Position numbers and translations under genes: made by a program
The notes under the pieces: generated by a model
The model's input: only the letters and a program-made list of their open reading frames with translations
Told to the model about the DNA's origin: nothing
Databases searched by the model: none
NCBI GenBank assembly: GCA_965112155.1
Contig: OZ218105.1
Reading direction: 5' to 3' (one strand)
Origin: Podarcis liolepis
Taxonomy: Eukaryota
DNA length: 64,000 nt
Shown here: in pieces, positions 51,310 to 63,057 of the stretch
How the letters are laid out: each line of letters starts with the position of its first letter
How positions within the stretch are numbered: the stretch's first letter is position 1

Positions 51310-53712
51310 CTGGACTACGATTAAGCCTTCATTGTTCAAGTTTAAATCTTCACCAGGTAGGATTGGATCCTTTGCCTCACAAGCTTCTTTATTGTTCAGA
51401 GTATTGGAATAATTTGCCTTTCTAGAGTCTGTAGTGAGAGAAACCTCCTGGCAGTAGGAGTGCAGAAATGCTCGGACTCCATCGATCCCCACAAACTGTG
51501 AGATAGGAGCACCACTGAAATTCACATTCCCCGTCTCAAGCAGCTGAGAATTTCTCCACTTGTGCAACTTGATGGCCAGTAACACAAGGAGGAAAGTGAA
51601 GAACAAGCAAGAGACAAAAGCCACTGCAAGGACCAGGTAGAAGGTGAGGTCAGATGGAGGCTCCAAGGGAGCTGAGATGCTGCTCAGGTCTGAGAGGATT
51701 GCAGGGATGGTGTCAGCCAGCACCACAGTCAGAGTGGCTGAAGCAGAGAGAGGTGGCTGCCCATTGTCCTTCACTAAAACCACCAGGCTTTGCTTGAGGG
51801 CATCTTTCTCCAGAAAGAAGCGGGCCGTCCTGATCTCTCCTGTGTGGAGCCCCAGAGTGAAGAGCCCTGGCTCGGTGGCCTTGATCAGCTGGTAGGAGAG
51901 CCAGGCATTCTGGCCAGAGTCCGCATCCACGGCCACCACCTTAGTGACCAGGTAGCCTGGCTCAGAGGAGCGAGGGGCCAGCTCTATCCCTGTGGAGCCG
52001 TCAGTGGGAAGGGAGGGGTACAGGATTTGGGGAGCATTGTCATTCTGGTCCAGGATGAAGAGAGTCACTGAGACATTGGAGCTGAGTGGTGGAGAGCCTC
52101 CGTCCTGGGCCTTTACACGGAATCTAATGTCTTGAAACTCTTCATAATCAAAGGAGGTCAGAGCATATATAACCCCCGTCTCAGAGTTAATGGAGAGGTA
52201 GGAGGACAGGCGGGAGTCACTTCTTTGGTCATCAGTGATGGAATATGTTATTCTGGCATTTTCTTCGCAGTCAAGATCATTTGCTCTTATAGAAGAGACC
52301 ATGGCTCCTCTTTGGTTATTCTCAACAAAATAGAAAGTATAGTCTGTTTTTTCAAAGAGGGGTGGGTTGTCATTCGTGTCTAAAACATGAAGTGTGACAA
52401 CCGTGACTGTAGAAAGAGGGGGGACTCCATGGTCAGTAACAGTGACAGTAATATTGAAGACAGACACCTGTTCCCTGTCAAGAGCACCATCAGTCACCAA
52501 ACTGTAAAAGTTATCCATGGACTTCTTTAGCTGAAAAGGGAGATTGCTAGGGATTGAACATGTGATTTCCCCATTGATTCCTGAATCTCGGTCTTGGACA
52601 TTTAAAATGGCAATTACCGTTTGGGATGGTGAACTTTCAAGTATGGTGTTGGTGGCAAAGTTAACTGATAATTGAGGTGCATTGTCATTCAGATCTGTAA
52701 CAGATATCACAACTTTTGATCTGTCACTCAGCCTTCCTCCATCTTTGGCTTGTATCTCAAATGCATATAAAGATGATTCCTCATAATCAAGACTTCCAAT
52801 AAGGATGATTTCCCCTGTTGTGGAATTTAACAGAAACATTTGGGAGTCGCGCTTTGTAATTTCTTGGAAAGAGTATCTAATGTCTCCATTGATTCCTTCA
52901 TCCATATCAGTTGCTCTCACTGTCAAAAGTGTGGACCACTTGGGAATATTCTCATTCACACTCACTTCATAGAGAGGTTGGCTGAAAACTGGTGCATTGT
53001 CATTTGCATCAATAACAACAATGTGAATTTGTAATGTGCCAGACCTGATAGGATCACCTCCATCAGTAGCTGTGAGGAGCAAATCGTAAGCTGATTGTTC
53101 CTCTCTGTCCAGTGACTTTTCCAACACAAGTTCAACAAGTGTGGCACCATTTTCTTCTGTTTGTACATGCAAAGCAAAATGGCTACTGCCTGTGAGTTGA
53201 TAGCTCTGCACTGAATTTATCCCCAAATCTGGATCTTGAGCTTTGGGTAGAGGGATCTGGAATCCAGGTATAGATGCCTCACTGATTTCCAGCTCCTGTT
53301 CCCATAGAGGGAAGTGGGGAGCATTATCATTTATATCCGTAATTTCCACTTCAATTCCATAAAGCTTCAATTTGCTTTCAACAAGAACCTGAAACTTTAA
53401 CATACATTTCTCTGCCTCTCTGCAGATTTCCTCTCTATCTATTCTCTCAGATATCTGCAAATGGCCATTGTTGGCATTCAAAGAAAAGTACTGAATCATA
53501 CCTACAGGGTAAACAATGCGCAGTCCATGGTTTGGGAGTTGCTTGCCATCCATTCCCAGGTCCTTTGCAATATTCCCCACGGAAGAGCCTTTGTGCATCT
53601 CTTCTGGAATGGAGTAGTGGATCTGCCCAGAAACTGCCTTCCAAGAAAACATCATGAAAAGGCACTGGAAGATTCCCTTTCTGCAATTCCACAGCCTCTG
53701 AATTCCTTTCAT
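51310..53712 (-). CDS. PCDHGA: Protocadherin gamma A-like variable exon, amplified family copy 3 (801 codons)
   Basis: The ORF-track start at 53757 is TTG; the ATG homologous to the other copies is at 53712 (MKGIQRLW); donor CAG|GTGAGC at 51310/51309. Confidence 0.93.
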
Positions 53713-53905
53713 CCTTGCAGCAGGATAAAGACTAATGACCCTTAGATTCTGGTTCAAATGATGCTGTATCCAACTCTATTCTAAGGAAAATGTACATCCA
53801 TTTCTTCCTTACACTGACAAGCAGCTTGTTCCTTCAGATATTTTGTGTTTGTCTTTAACGGAAAGGCAACTTCAATTGGGCAGGATTTCACATTTCTTCT
53901 CTGTT

Positions 53906-53946
53906 CTGGTCAACAGTGACACCCAGAGGATCAAGTGCAAACTGCA
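53906..53946 (-). promoter_or_regulatory. Pcdh promoter CSE / CTCF site (CACT variant)
   Basis: Minus strand TGCAGTTTGCACTTGATCCTCTGGGTGTCACTGTTGACCAG. Confidence 0.8.
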
Positions 53947-54323
53947 AAAACTTCAGATATAGCTAAGATAACTATTCTTTTTCCTTAGAATTTGCCCACT
54001 AAGGATAAATAAGAGTGACGACTTTTGTTGCTGTAATCAAATTGAAAAGGAGTAGGAAAGACAAGTGTGTTTAGGGTTCCTGCCCTGCCCCATTACTGGA
54101 ATTTCTGGAATAAATGTTATGGATCTTTCTCAGCAATGTTTTCTGCTCGCTTTTCTAAGGGAATATTCAATAGATTTTTTCTTGATGTAGAAACAACACT
54201 AGTAAACCACCAGTACATCTAGCACTTCACTCCTCTCAGCTCCTACTTGTTCATTCACATCTCTAGGTTTGTTCATCTTCAAACTGAATTTTTATTTTTG
54301 GTACGTGTTACATAAGGCCTACT

Positions 54324-54644
54324 GCAATAAGATCAAATGTATCAATTCTTCAGGAAATCAGCCCTGAGTGCTCACTGGAAGGACAGATCCTGAAGTTGAG
54401 ACTCCAATACTTTGGCCACCTCATGAGAAGAGAAGACTCCCTGGAAAAGACCCTGATGTTGGGAAAGATTGAGGGCACAAGGAGAAGGGGACAACAGAGG
54501 ACGAGATGGTTGGATGGTGTTCTCGAAGCTACAAACATGAGTCTGACCAAACTGCGGGAGGCAGTGGAAGACGGAAGTGCCTGGTGTGCTCTGGTCCATG
54601 GGGTCAATAAGAGTCGGACACGACTAAACAACAACAACAACAAC
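54324..54644 (+). mobile_element. RTE-BovB LINE, 5'-truncated 3' end
   Basis: LQYFGHLMRREDSLEKTLMLGKIEG.RRRG.QR.RWLD is the BovB RT C-terminus; GAGTCGGACACGACT-(AAC)n tail; ~14-bp TSD ACATAAG(G/C)CCTA(C/T)T at 54310-54323 / 54645-54658; absent at ~28915 and ~40905. Confidence 0.92.
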
Positions 54645-57186
54645 ACATAAGCCCTATTTGGGCATACACTGTCCGTACATGAGCAAACACCTGAGGGGAA
54701 ATATGCAGTTCTTCTTAGTCCTTTCCTGTCCAGCATTTCATCTGTACACAATCAAGATCCCTCCATGAATTTGAGGACCAAGGTCTGAGGTGGGGAGCTT
54801 ACTCTACTTGTAGGGGCCCCATACATGATTTAGAACTTTGCACCATCATGTTTTCTTTGCTTACACTTGAGGAGATGGTTCAAATAAGGCTGTACTGGGT
54901 AGGAGATGCACATCAGGAATGCCCCAGTTCAAATCAAACTTCAACCATGAGCTCATTAGTTGTCCTTGGGCAAGACTCCCTTCCTCCTCTCTCTCTGGTT
55001 GAGTTCACACAGCAGTTTCCTCCATTTCCCTGATGTTTACCTAACTATTAATTTCTGCATCATATTCAAGTTTTCACATGGCATGAAAGCCACTTCATTT
55101 CCATGTTATTTAATAGCAGAAAAAATCCATTTGCTGCTCCCTTAAACCGAAAAATCGCAGGAGTAAAGTGATGAAATTTGGGGCCGTATACATGGGAGAA
55201 TGAATACATGCACAGCTATGGGTGGAATAGTGGCATTGTTATCCAATGATGTTCATTGTTGCGTCACTCCATGCACACTGGTGTGAATGAAATTTAGTGG
55301 AATACGATATATTGCTCATATATTGATATGCTGATATATTGGTCAAAAATATACACATAACACAACTGGTACTGCAGTGTGAAAGGATCACTGGAAAACA
55401 GAATAGAAGCACTAGCGTTCTAGTCAGGAAAACTAATGCAATACTTGCCACATCTAAATGCATCCTCTCTCCATCTCATCCACAACATGAGGAAAATAAT
55501 GCTGATCTATCTTTCTGGGTTATTGAAGAGTTACAAGGGAATGTATATCAACCATTTTCTACACTAAAGTGCTCTATAAACACCAAGTATGACTGTAAAG
55601 TGCAAAGGCCATGTCCACCTTCATTTATTGCTCACATTGTGCCTAGAAGACAATAAAGCCAAGACGAATGCTATTAAAGCTAATTATTATTACTACACCA
55701 CATCACATTCCAGAGATAAAAAGAAACAGGAAGAGATTGGTGGCACACGCAATGGGGTGGAGCTTGGAGCCACCCTCCAACACTAGCGTTGTTGCTGGGA
55801 CTTACCTGGTCAGGGCTGGGCTGACACAACTGTGTGGTTGGGGCTGTGCAGGTGCACCAGCAGCCGTGCTAGATGTTCCCACAGTTAAAAGCACATGTCT
55901 CCAGTCTCACTGCTGCCCCATCCAGGTAGGCAACTGTGCGTGGGGGTGGGGGTGAATTCACCAGCTTCCCACCACCATGCATGTCACTACTGCAGGTGGG
56001 TAACTTTCAATGGCAGCTTATGAGCTCATGTGTGACAATAAGTTGTCAAGCTCAGAACAAGCATTATAAAAAACTATGTGGTGACCTGTTAAACAGCAGA
56101 GGTAGATGGTTTTCAGTCATCTTTCTTGGAGAGCATGATGCTCTTCTGCTTCTTGTTCTACAAAATCAGCAGGACTACTAAAACTGCTATACTGAATTTG
56201 CTGAATGCTTTCCCCCAGAAGACAGAAAATCAAGCATTCAGTCCACTAAACAATGCCATAAAAGTTTCTTTCAAAATTAGTCTTCATCTTTCACTACAGA
56301 ATATGCACTGGCAACAAACTTTTTGACACATTAGGCACGATCCAGCATTAATGTATATGAAGCAGCAGATACAGGGGTGCGCAGCTGTATGTCCTTGCCA
56401 GATTGCCTTTCCATGGGAAAGCATTCCAAGTCCAAGAGGTGAGAGGGCATCTAACGCTGTTATGACTCCATAGACATTTGTCACCTATGTTACTACAGCA
56501 TGGAAGCATGACTGGAGATGTTATAGGTAGAAATACTAGCCACATGCACACTCACCTACATCCATACTGTTGACCACAACTGTTCCAACTGGTCATAATT
56601 TCTAATCATACATTGCAAATGCTCCATTGTTCGTTTAAAACTTTCTTGTCTCAAACCACAAAACAGCCTTTTTGTTCGGCCTTCAACCCTTTAATGTTCA
56701 ATTTCACTTCCCTTCTTCTTGAAGCCAAAAAGCAGCTCACACACTGAATGTAAATTATCACCAGCTGATGGACAAATCTCCCTCGGTTATAAATTATAAC
56801 TGTCCCAAAAATAATTAAGAAAGGGAGGCTTTTGCAGATCCCATACCCATCACGGCTCTTTTATGGCTTTGGGGCAAGATGGAAATTCCTCAGCTCTCAA
56901 GTCGCTTAACCCCCATCCGAGTTCCTAGGTGCTGACTGCTTCTTGGTCTCTTGACACAGAAAACAGCTTTTACAAAGCACCAGAGATTAATCTCTTGTTC
57001 ACTCTTTTCCCCAAAATTAATATGAGAACCAAGACTTATGTCTGGCTATTATCAATCACCATGTAATTATCTCTGTTGGCAGACCGCCAACAAAAGATGT
57101 TCAATCCACTATTTCCTTCCCGATAACACATAAAAAACTCCCCACAAACTTCCTAATATTTAGTTTAATAATAATGAGAATTTTGC

Positions 57187-57283
57187 TTGTTTAACCTGGA
57201 GGTAGGCTGTATGAATTGTGTATTGCTTTGTAACGATTTGTTGGGTCTCTGGACCGTTATAAAGGTTGATGCTGATGCTGATG
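57187..57283 (+). mobile_element. 97-bp 3' end of a non-LTR retroelement with (GATGCT)n tail
   Basis: Flanked by the perfect 25-bp direct repeat AGTTTAATAATAATGAGAATTTTGC (57162-57186 / 57284-57308); absent from paralogous sites ~32590, ~44460, ~62840. Confidence 0.75.
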
Positions 57284-57798
57284 AGTTTAATAATAATGAG
57301 AATTTTGCCAATAACTAGAACATTTTCAAACTTCTTGAAGAATCTACTATGCAATTTTTTTTGATGTTTATTTTTCTATTTTTTTAAGACAGAACATTAA
57401 AATAGCTACATATTCAATTTTAGTCATACTACGAAGGAAAGAAGGAAGGAAGGAAGGAATGATAAGCACTGTCTCCACTCAAACATGATATGCCATCCTG
57501 TGGTCCGAGATCATCATCCTAGGTCAGCATGCAAATGTGCATTTAGATAATTCTGACTGAGGCTCCCCCAACTTGCAATTTTGCCCTTCAACAAATGCTA
57601 GAAGGCCCATTACATTAGCTTGATCTGCAACAGTAGCAGCTCAGTACTACTCCCTACCTACTTCCCTGGTGACATGGCCTGAATTGTATGGGGTGCCAGT
57701 TTGATATAATCCACTGTTTACAATTCAACTCTTAAACAAGTGATAACACACCAAATTCCCTAAAAAAGGAAGGGAAAAAAGAATGCACTTTAACTCAC

Positions 57799-60228
57799 CT
57801 TGCTGTCATTTTCCTTTTCAGAAATTAAATTGCCTCCACTGACCATCAAAGAAATGTCAGAGTTGCCATTGCAAAGGATGTTCTCTGCTATTTGGACAGT
57901 GGGCTGCAGGAAAGTCAACTCATTCCTCCTGGATTCAGAGGACAAACAGACCTGGTAGGAATAAGGCAAAGTTCCGTCCTCATAATTGGGTGGGAATATG
58001 GCACCAGCCTTTGAATGGGGGTCAGGAATAAAGCACTGAAGGAAAGTGGGGTTCCTTGACCTTCGAAGCTTCATCAGAATGGTCAGAATCACCGTCACCA
58101 GGAACAGAAAGGACACCAAGGTCAAGGCCAATACCAAATAAAACTGTAGATCAGACTGATACTCTGAGTCATTTGGTTGGGAGTTCATTTCTGGAAGAGC
58201 CTCCTGGAAGTTCTCAGCAAACACCAGGCTCAAAGTTGTGGTGGCTGAGAGAGGAGGATGCCCATTGTCCTTCACCAGGATGACCAGCCTCTGCTTCACT
58301 GCATCTCTCTCAAGTAATGCTCGGACTGTTTGCACCTCTCCTGTGTGGGAGCCAATGCTGAAGAGTGAGGGCTCTGTGGCCTGCAGGAGATGGAAGGAGA
58401 GCCAGGCATTGTGTCCAGAATCAGAGTCCACGGCCACCACCTTCGTCACCAGATAACCCGACTCGGCTGACCGAGGCACCATCTCAAAGAAAGGGGAGCC
58501 CTCTGTTGATTGTGAGGGGTACAGGATCTGCGGAGCGTTATCATTTCGATCCAAAACACATACTGTCACTGTGGCACTGCTATTGAGTGGTGGAGAACCT
58601 CCATCTTGGGCCTTCACTTGAATCTGAAACTCCCTGAATTGCTCATAGTCAAAGGAGCGTTGGGCATAGATGATCCCAGTCTCAGAGTTAATGGAGACAT
58701 AGGAGGACAGAGGCAGGTCCTTGATGTTGCTGTGAAGGACGGAGTAAGTGATTCTGGCATTGCGATCCAGATCTGGGTCAGACGCCTTGATGTGGAAAAT
58801 TGAAGCTCCAGATGGGTTGTTTTCTGGAACGTAGGCAGTATAGGAAGTTTTTTCAAAGGCTGGTGGGTTATCATTGATATCTGAGATCTGTATTGATATG
58901 GTTTTGTGTGTGGAGAGTGGAGGTGTGCCTTTGTCTGTGGCTGTGATTGTAATATTATACTCGGGCATCCTTTCTCTGTCAAGGGCACCATCTATGAGGA
59001 GCTTGAAATAATTATCGGAAGATGATACTATCAGGAAAGGTACAAGTTCCTTCAGGTGACAGGTGACTTCTCCATTCTCCCCAGAATCCCTGTCCTGAAC
59101 TTTAATGAGAGCAATCACAGCTCCAGGTGTGACATCTTCAGGAATTGGGCTGGACACGGATGTAAGGATCACATCTGGCGCATTGTCATTCTCATCAAGA
59201 ACCTCAACCTCCACATTGCAATGTGCCACCAAGCTTCCTCCATCACTTGCCTGAATTTTCATCACATATTTTTGTCTGTCCTCAAAATCAACACTTTCTA
59301 TAAGTGCAATGGTTCCGTCTCTGGGATCCAGATGAAACTTCTGTTTGGCTGTTTTTGGGATGTCACTGAAAGTGTAAGTGATCTCAGCATATGACCCTTC
59401 ATCACTGTCAGATGCTTTGACTTGAAGCACAGAGGTTCCTTTGGGTGCACTCTCTTTCAGGCTCACTTTATATGTTGTCTGGGTGAAAACAGGAGCATTG
59501 TCATTAATATCAATAACTGTTACCAATATTTTGGCTGTTCCGGTTTTTGGAGGTTCTCCACCATCCATGGCTGTAAGGACCATGTGATGCATCTGTTCCT
59601 TTTCCCTGTCCAGTTGTTTCAGCAATATTAATTCTGCATATTTTCCACCATCATTGCCAGCTTGAATTTCTAGTTTGAAATATGGAGTTGAGCTCAATTG
59701 ATAATTCTGGAGGGAGTTCATTCCGATATCATCATCTTCAGCATTTCCAAGAGTGAATCGATTTCCTGGCAGAGTAGATTCACTCAATTTGAGATCAATA
59801 TTTTCATTCTGGAAATGTGGGGCATTATCATTGATGTCCTGGATAAAAATATTTACGTGGAAAATATTCAAAGGATTGTGTGCCACAACTTCTAATTTGA
59901 GGACACAAGTAGATGATTCCCCACAAATCTCTTCCCGGTCTATCCTCTCATTCACATATAGGTTGCCATTTTGTTCATTCAATTCAAAGAATTGCTTTTC
60001 TGAAGAAATACCAAGCTTGCGCTTTGACAGCTCTCTGACATCCAACCCCAGATCTTTAGCAAGGTTCCCCACAAAGGAGCCCTGCTCTGCTTCCTCTGGA
60101 ACTGAATACTGAACCTGCTCAGACCCCACCTGGCAGAAGAACACAGACCAAAATATGAACAGAAACAGTACTTGCCTCCTGGTGATCTTCCTTGTTCTCT
60201 CTGCCTGCTTTACTTCCATCACATCCAT
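57799..60228 (-). CDS. PCDHGB: Protocadherin gamma B-like variable exon, amplified family copy 4 (810 codons)
   Basis: ORF 57790..60228; donor AAG|GTGAGT at 57799/57798. Confidence 0.93.
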
Positions 60229-60457
60229 TGCATTTCCTGATTTCCTCCTCCTTTCACTTCAGTTTTCAAGACTCCCAGTACACTTAAGTGATATAGTACT
60301 AATGTTGTTATTTTCTGCTGATCCTTGGGAAACAGAGATTTCCTTTCTCGAGCAGCTTTTAAAATAAAGGTTTTTCCTTTCTGCTCAGCTGAAGTGTTAA
60401 GAGAGAGAGAGATTGCTCCAAGAGTCTCAGAAATGCTGAGCCATGGCTGCTCCCACG

Positions 60458-60498
60458 TTGTCCAACAGTGACACTCTGAGTCCATACGGTGAACTGCT
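60458..60498 (-). promoter_or_regulatory. Pcdh promoter CSE / CTCF site (CACT variant)
   Basis: Minus strand AGCAGTTCACCGTATGGACTCAGAGTGTCACTGTTGGACAA. Confidence 0.8.
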
Positions 60499-61243
60499 TT
60501 TACTATTTCTATAATTCTACATAGAATTTTTCTCTAAGGTAGGGAATTGCTTGTAATATAAGTTCACCTTTAAGTGCAACCAGAAACAAATTTCTTCTCC
60601 ATCACTTGTGTGCATCCTCTTCGCTTCCCAGTCCCTCACCATTCAGCATCTTTGCTTTAGTTTCTTTCTTTAAAAAGAAATGAAAAAACACCAAGAAAAC
60701 CATAGGAATAGTAGAGAGGGGATGCCTGTTGGTGAGGAGGGCTCATCAGATACAGAAGGTTTGTTTCCAGAGCCGTCTAAAGAAATTGTGGTCTTCTAGA
60801 TCATTTAAGGAGTGTAATTCCTTGTCAGGGTACACAGGGTTTGTCAATGTCTCCTTTATTGGATCAGGAGGCAGAGGGAACTATATTTGACATGCTCTCT
60901 GGCAGGAAATTCCACTTCTGTGCATACTCAGGAACATCATTTCTGGTTCAAGGTTAGGACTTTCCTACCTCTGCCCATTGACAGTTACCACCAGCACCCC
61001 ACACCTTTTCAAGGAAGGTAATTTTTTTTTTTTACTTGAAAAGGGAAAGAAATGGCAGGGAGGTTTAGCTAATGGTACTGGTAAAAACCATTCTATGCTT
61101 GAAATTAATTCAAAGAAAAGTGGGTCCTCACTGAATTAAAGTGATTAAAAAAGATGGGAGAGCTTATATTTAAAATCTTCTCATGGGACCTGGACTAAAG
61201 CTAGCTGCACTCTTTATAAAAGAGATGATCATGTAATACATTA

Positions 61244-61503
61244 CAGTGGTACCTCGGGATGCGAACAGGATCTGTTCCAGAGCCCCGTTTGCATCCTGAA
61301 TAGAATGTAAGATGCGATGGCACGTCTGCATGTGCGGGGGTTGCATTTTGCCGCTTCCGTGCATGCGTGTGACATCTTTTTGAGTTTCTGCGCATGTGCG
61401 AGTGGCAAAACCTAGAAGTAACACGTTCCATTACTTCCGGGTTGCCACGGAGCGCAACCCGAAAGCGCTCAACCTGAAGCACATTCAACCCGAGGTATGA
61501 CTG
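61244..61503. mobile_element. Tc1/mariner-type MITE
   Basis: TIRs CAGTGGTACCTCGGG / CCCGAGGTATGACTG with TA on both sides. Confidence 0.85.
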
Positions 61504-62998
61504 TACTATGTTATTTGCTATCTGTCCTTCATCCAGTTTGAACATAGCATTCCTATCTCTATACTTTTGCATAATTCCATTTAAAAGGTTTCTGTAAAAG
61601 AATAAAATACTGAAAGACCAAACTAACCAATGTGCATTTGATTAATGTGATCAAAATATTTTACCACTTGTATTTACAATAATGTAATGCAACTATTTCA
61701 AGCACCATTTTCCCCCAAGTGTTCCCAATATTACCAGTAAATCATTTCCAGTTTCTCTTTAACCGTCATACAATTTTATGTGAATCAAAGAATTCTCACC
61801 CCATCCGCTCCAGTGCAGTTTTGCTTCTTCAATGAACGTATTTCCAGGACATTGTCACAAATGGTCACTCCAACAATATCTCCAAAGTTCAGCCTCTACC
61901 AGCTACAGCTGTTTCAATAACTTGGCACAAACCTTATAATGTTGCTTGGGGACATCTCTCTAACCAAGGGCAGTTTTCTTGTGAGTTTCTTAATAGGGTC
62001 AGAAACACATCCCACAAATAAGAGTTTTCCGGCTTGGGATGTTTGGACATTGTCAAGCACTCTTCTTCTGACACCACAAACACATATATTTTCTGGGATT
62101 CAAAATTCTACCTCTACCAAACAGTGGAAATCTCATTGGGGTAGAAACACACACCCCTTCCAAAGAATTACTGTGTTGCTGTTGTTTTCCGACACTGAGT
62201 GAAGGTTCCATGTTGTAAGGAGCATAATGCAATCAATCTTACATAATATAGCTTGCATTTTTAATTTGCTTTAATTTGTATTAATCTATTCTGTTGTGAT
62301 TTTAACTTCCTGTGTGCTTTGAATTATGGTTGTCATTTTTAAAATATAATTTTTATTCATTTTAATAATATAAAAGTTTAATAATGTAGAACATTTATAT
62401 CAATCTAAAAAATACAAAAATACAGATTTCCATTGTTAAAACTGGACAAATCTCCCTCAGTTATAAATTATAACTGTCCCCCCAAAAAAATTAAGAAAGG
62501 GAGACTTTTGCAGATCCCATACCGGTCACGGCTCTTACATGGCTTTAGGGTAAGATGAAAATTCCTCAGCTCTCAAGTCGCTTAACCCCCATCTGAGTTC
62601 CTAGCAGCTGACTGCTTCTTGGTCTCTTGACAACAGAAAACAGCTTTTTCAAAGCACCAGGGATTAATCTCTTATTCACTCTTTCCCCCAAAATGAATAT
62701 GGGAGCCAAGACTTATGTCTGGCTATCATCAATCACCATGTAATTATCTCTGCTGGCAGACTGTCAACAAAAGATGTTCAATCTGCTATTTCCTTCCGCA
62801 TAACACATAAAAAACTCTCCACAAACTTCCTAATATTTAGTTGGATAGTAAGGAAAATTTTTGCCAATAAATAGAAAATTTTCAAACTTCTTGAAGCATA
62901 TACTATGTAGGATGTTTTTGTGTTTGTTCTCGCATATACTGTATCTTTTTAAAGAGAGAACATTAAAATAGCTACATATTCAAATTTAGTCATGCTGG

Positions 62999-62999
62999 A

Positions 63000-63055
<56 letters not shown>

Positions 63056-63057
63056 AA
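62999..63057 (+). repeat. (AAAG)n microsatellite
   Basis: Read directly; occupies the position held by (GAAG)n in the other units. Confidence 0.9.

Noticed and set aside
53713-53757. N-terminal 15-aa extension of the third amplified gammaA exon
   Set aside because: It begins at TTG; the homologous ATG is at 53712.
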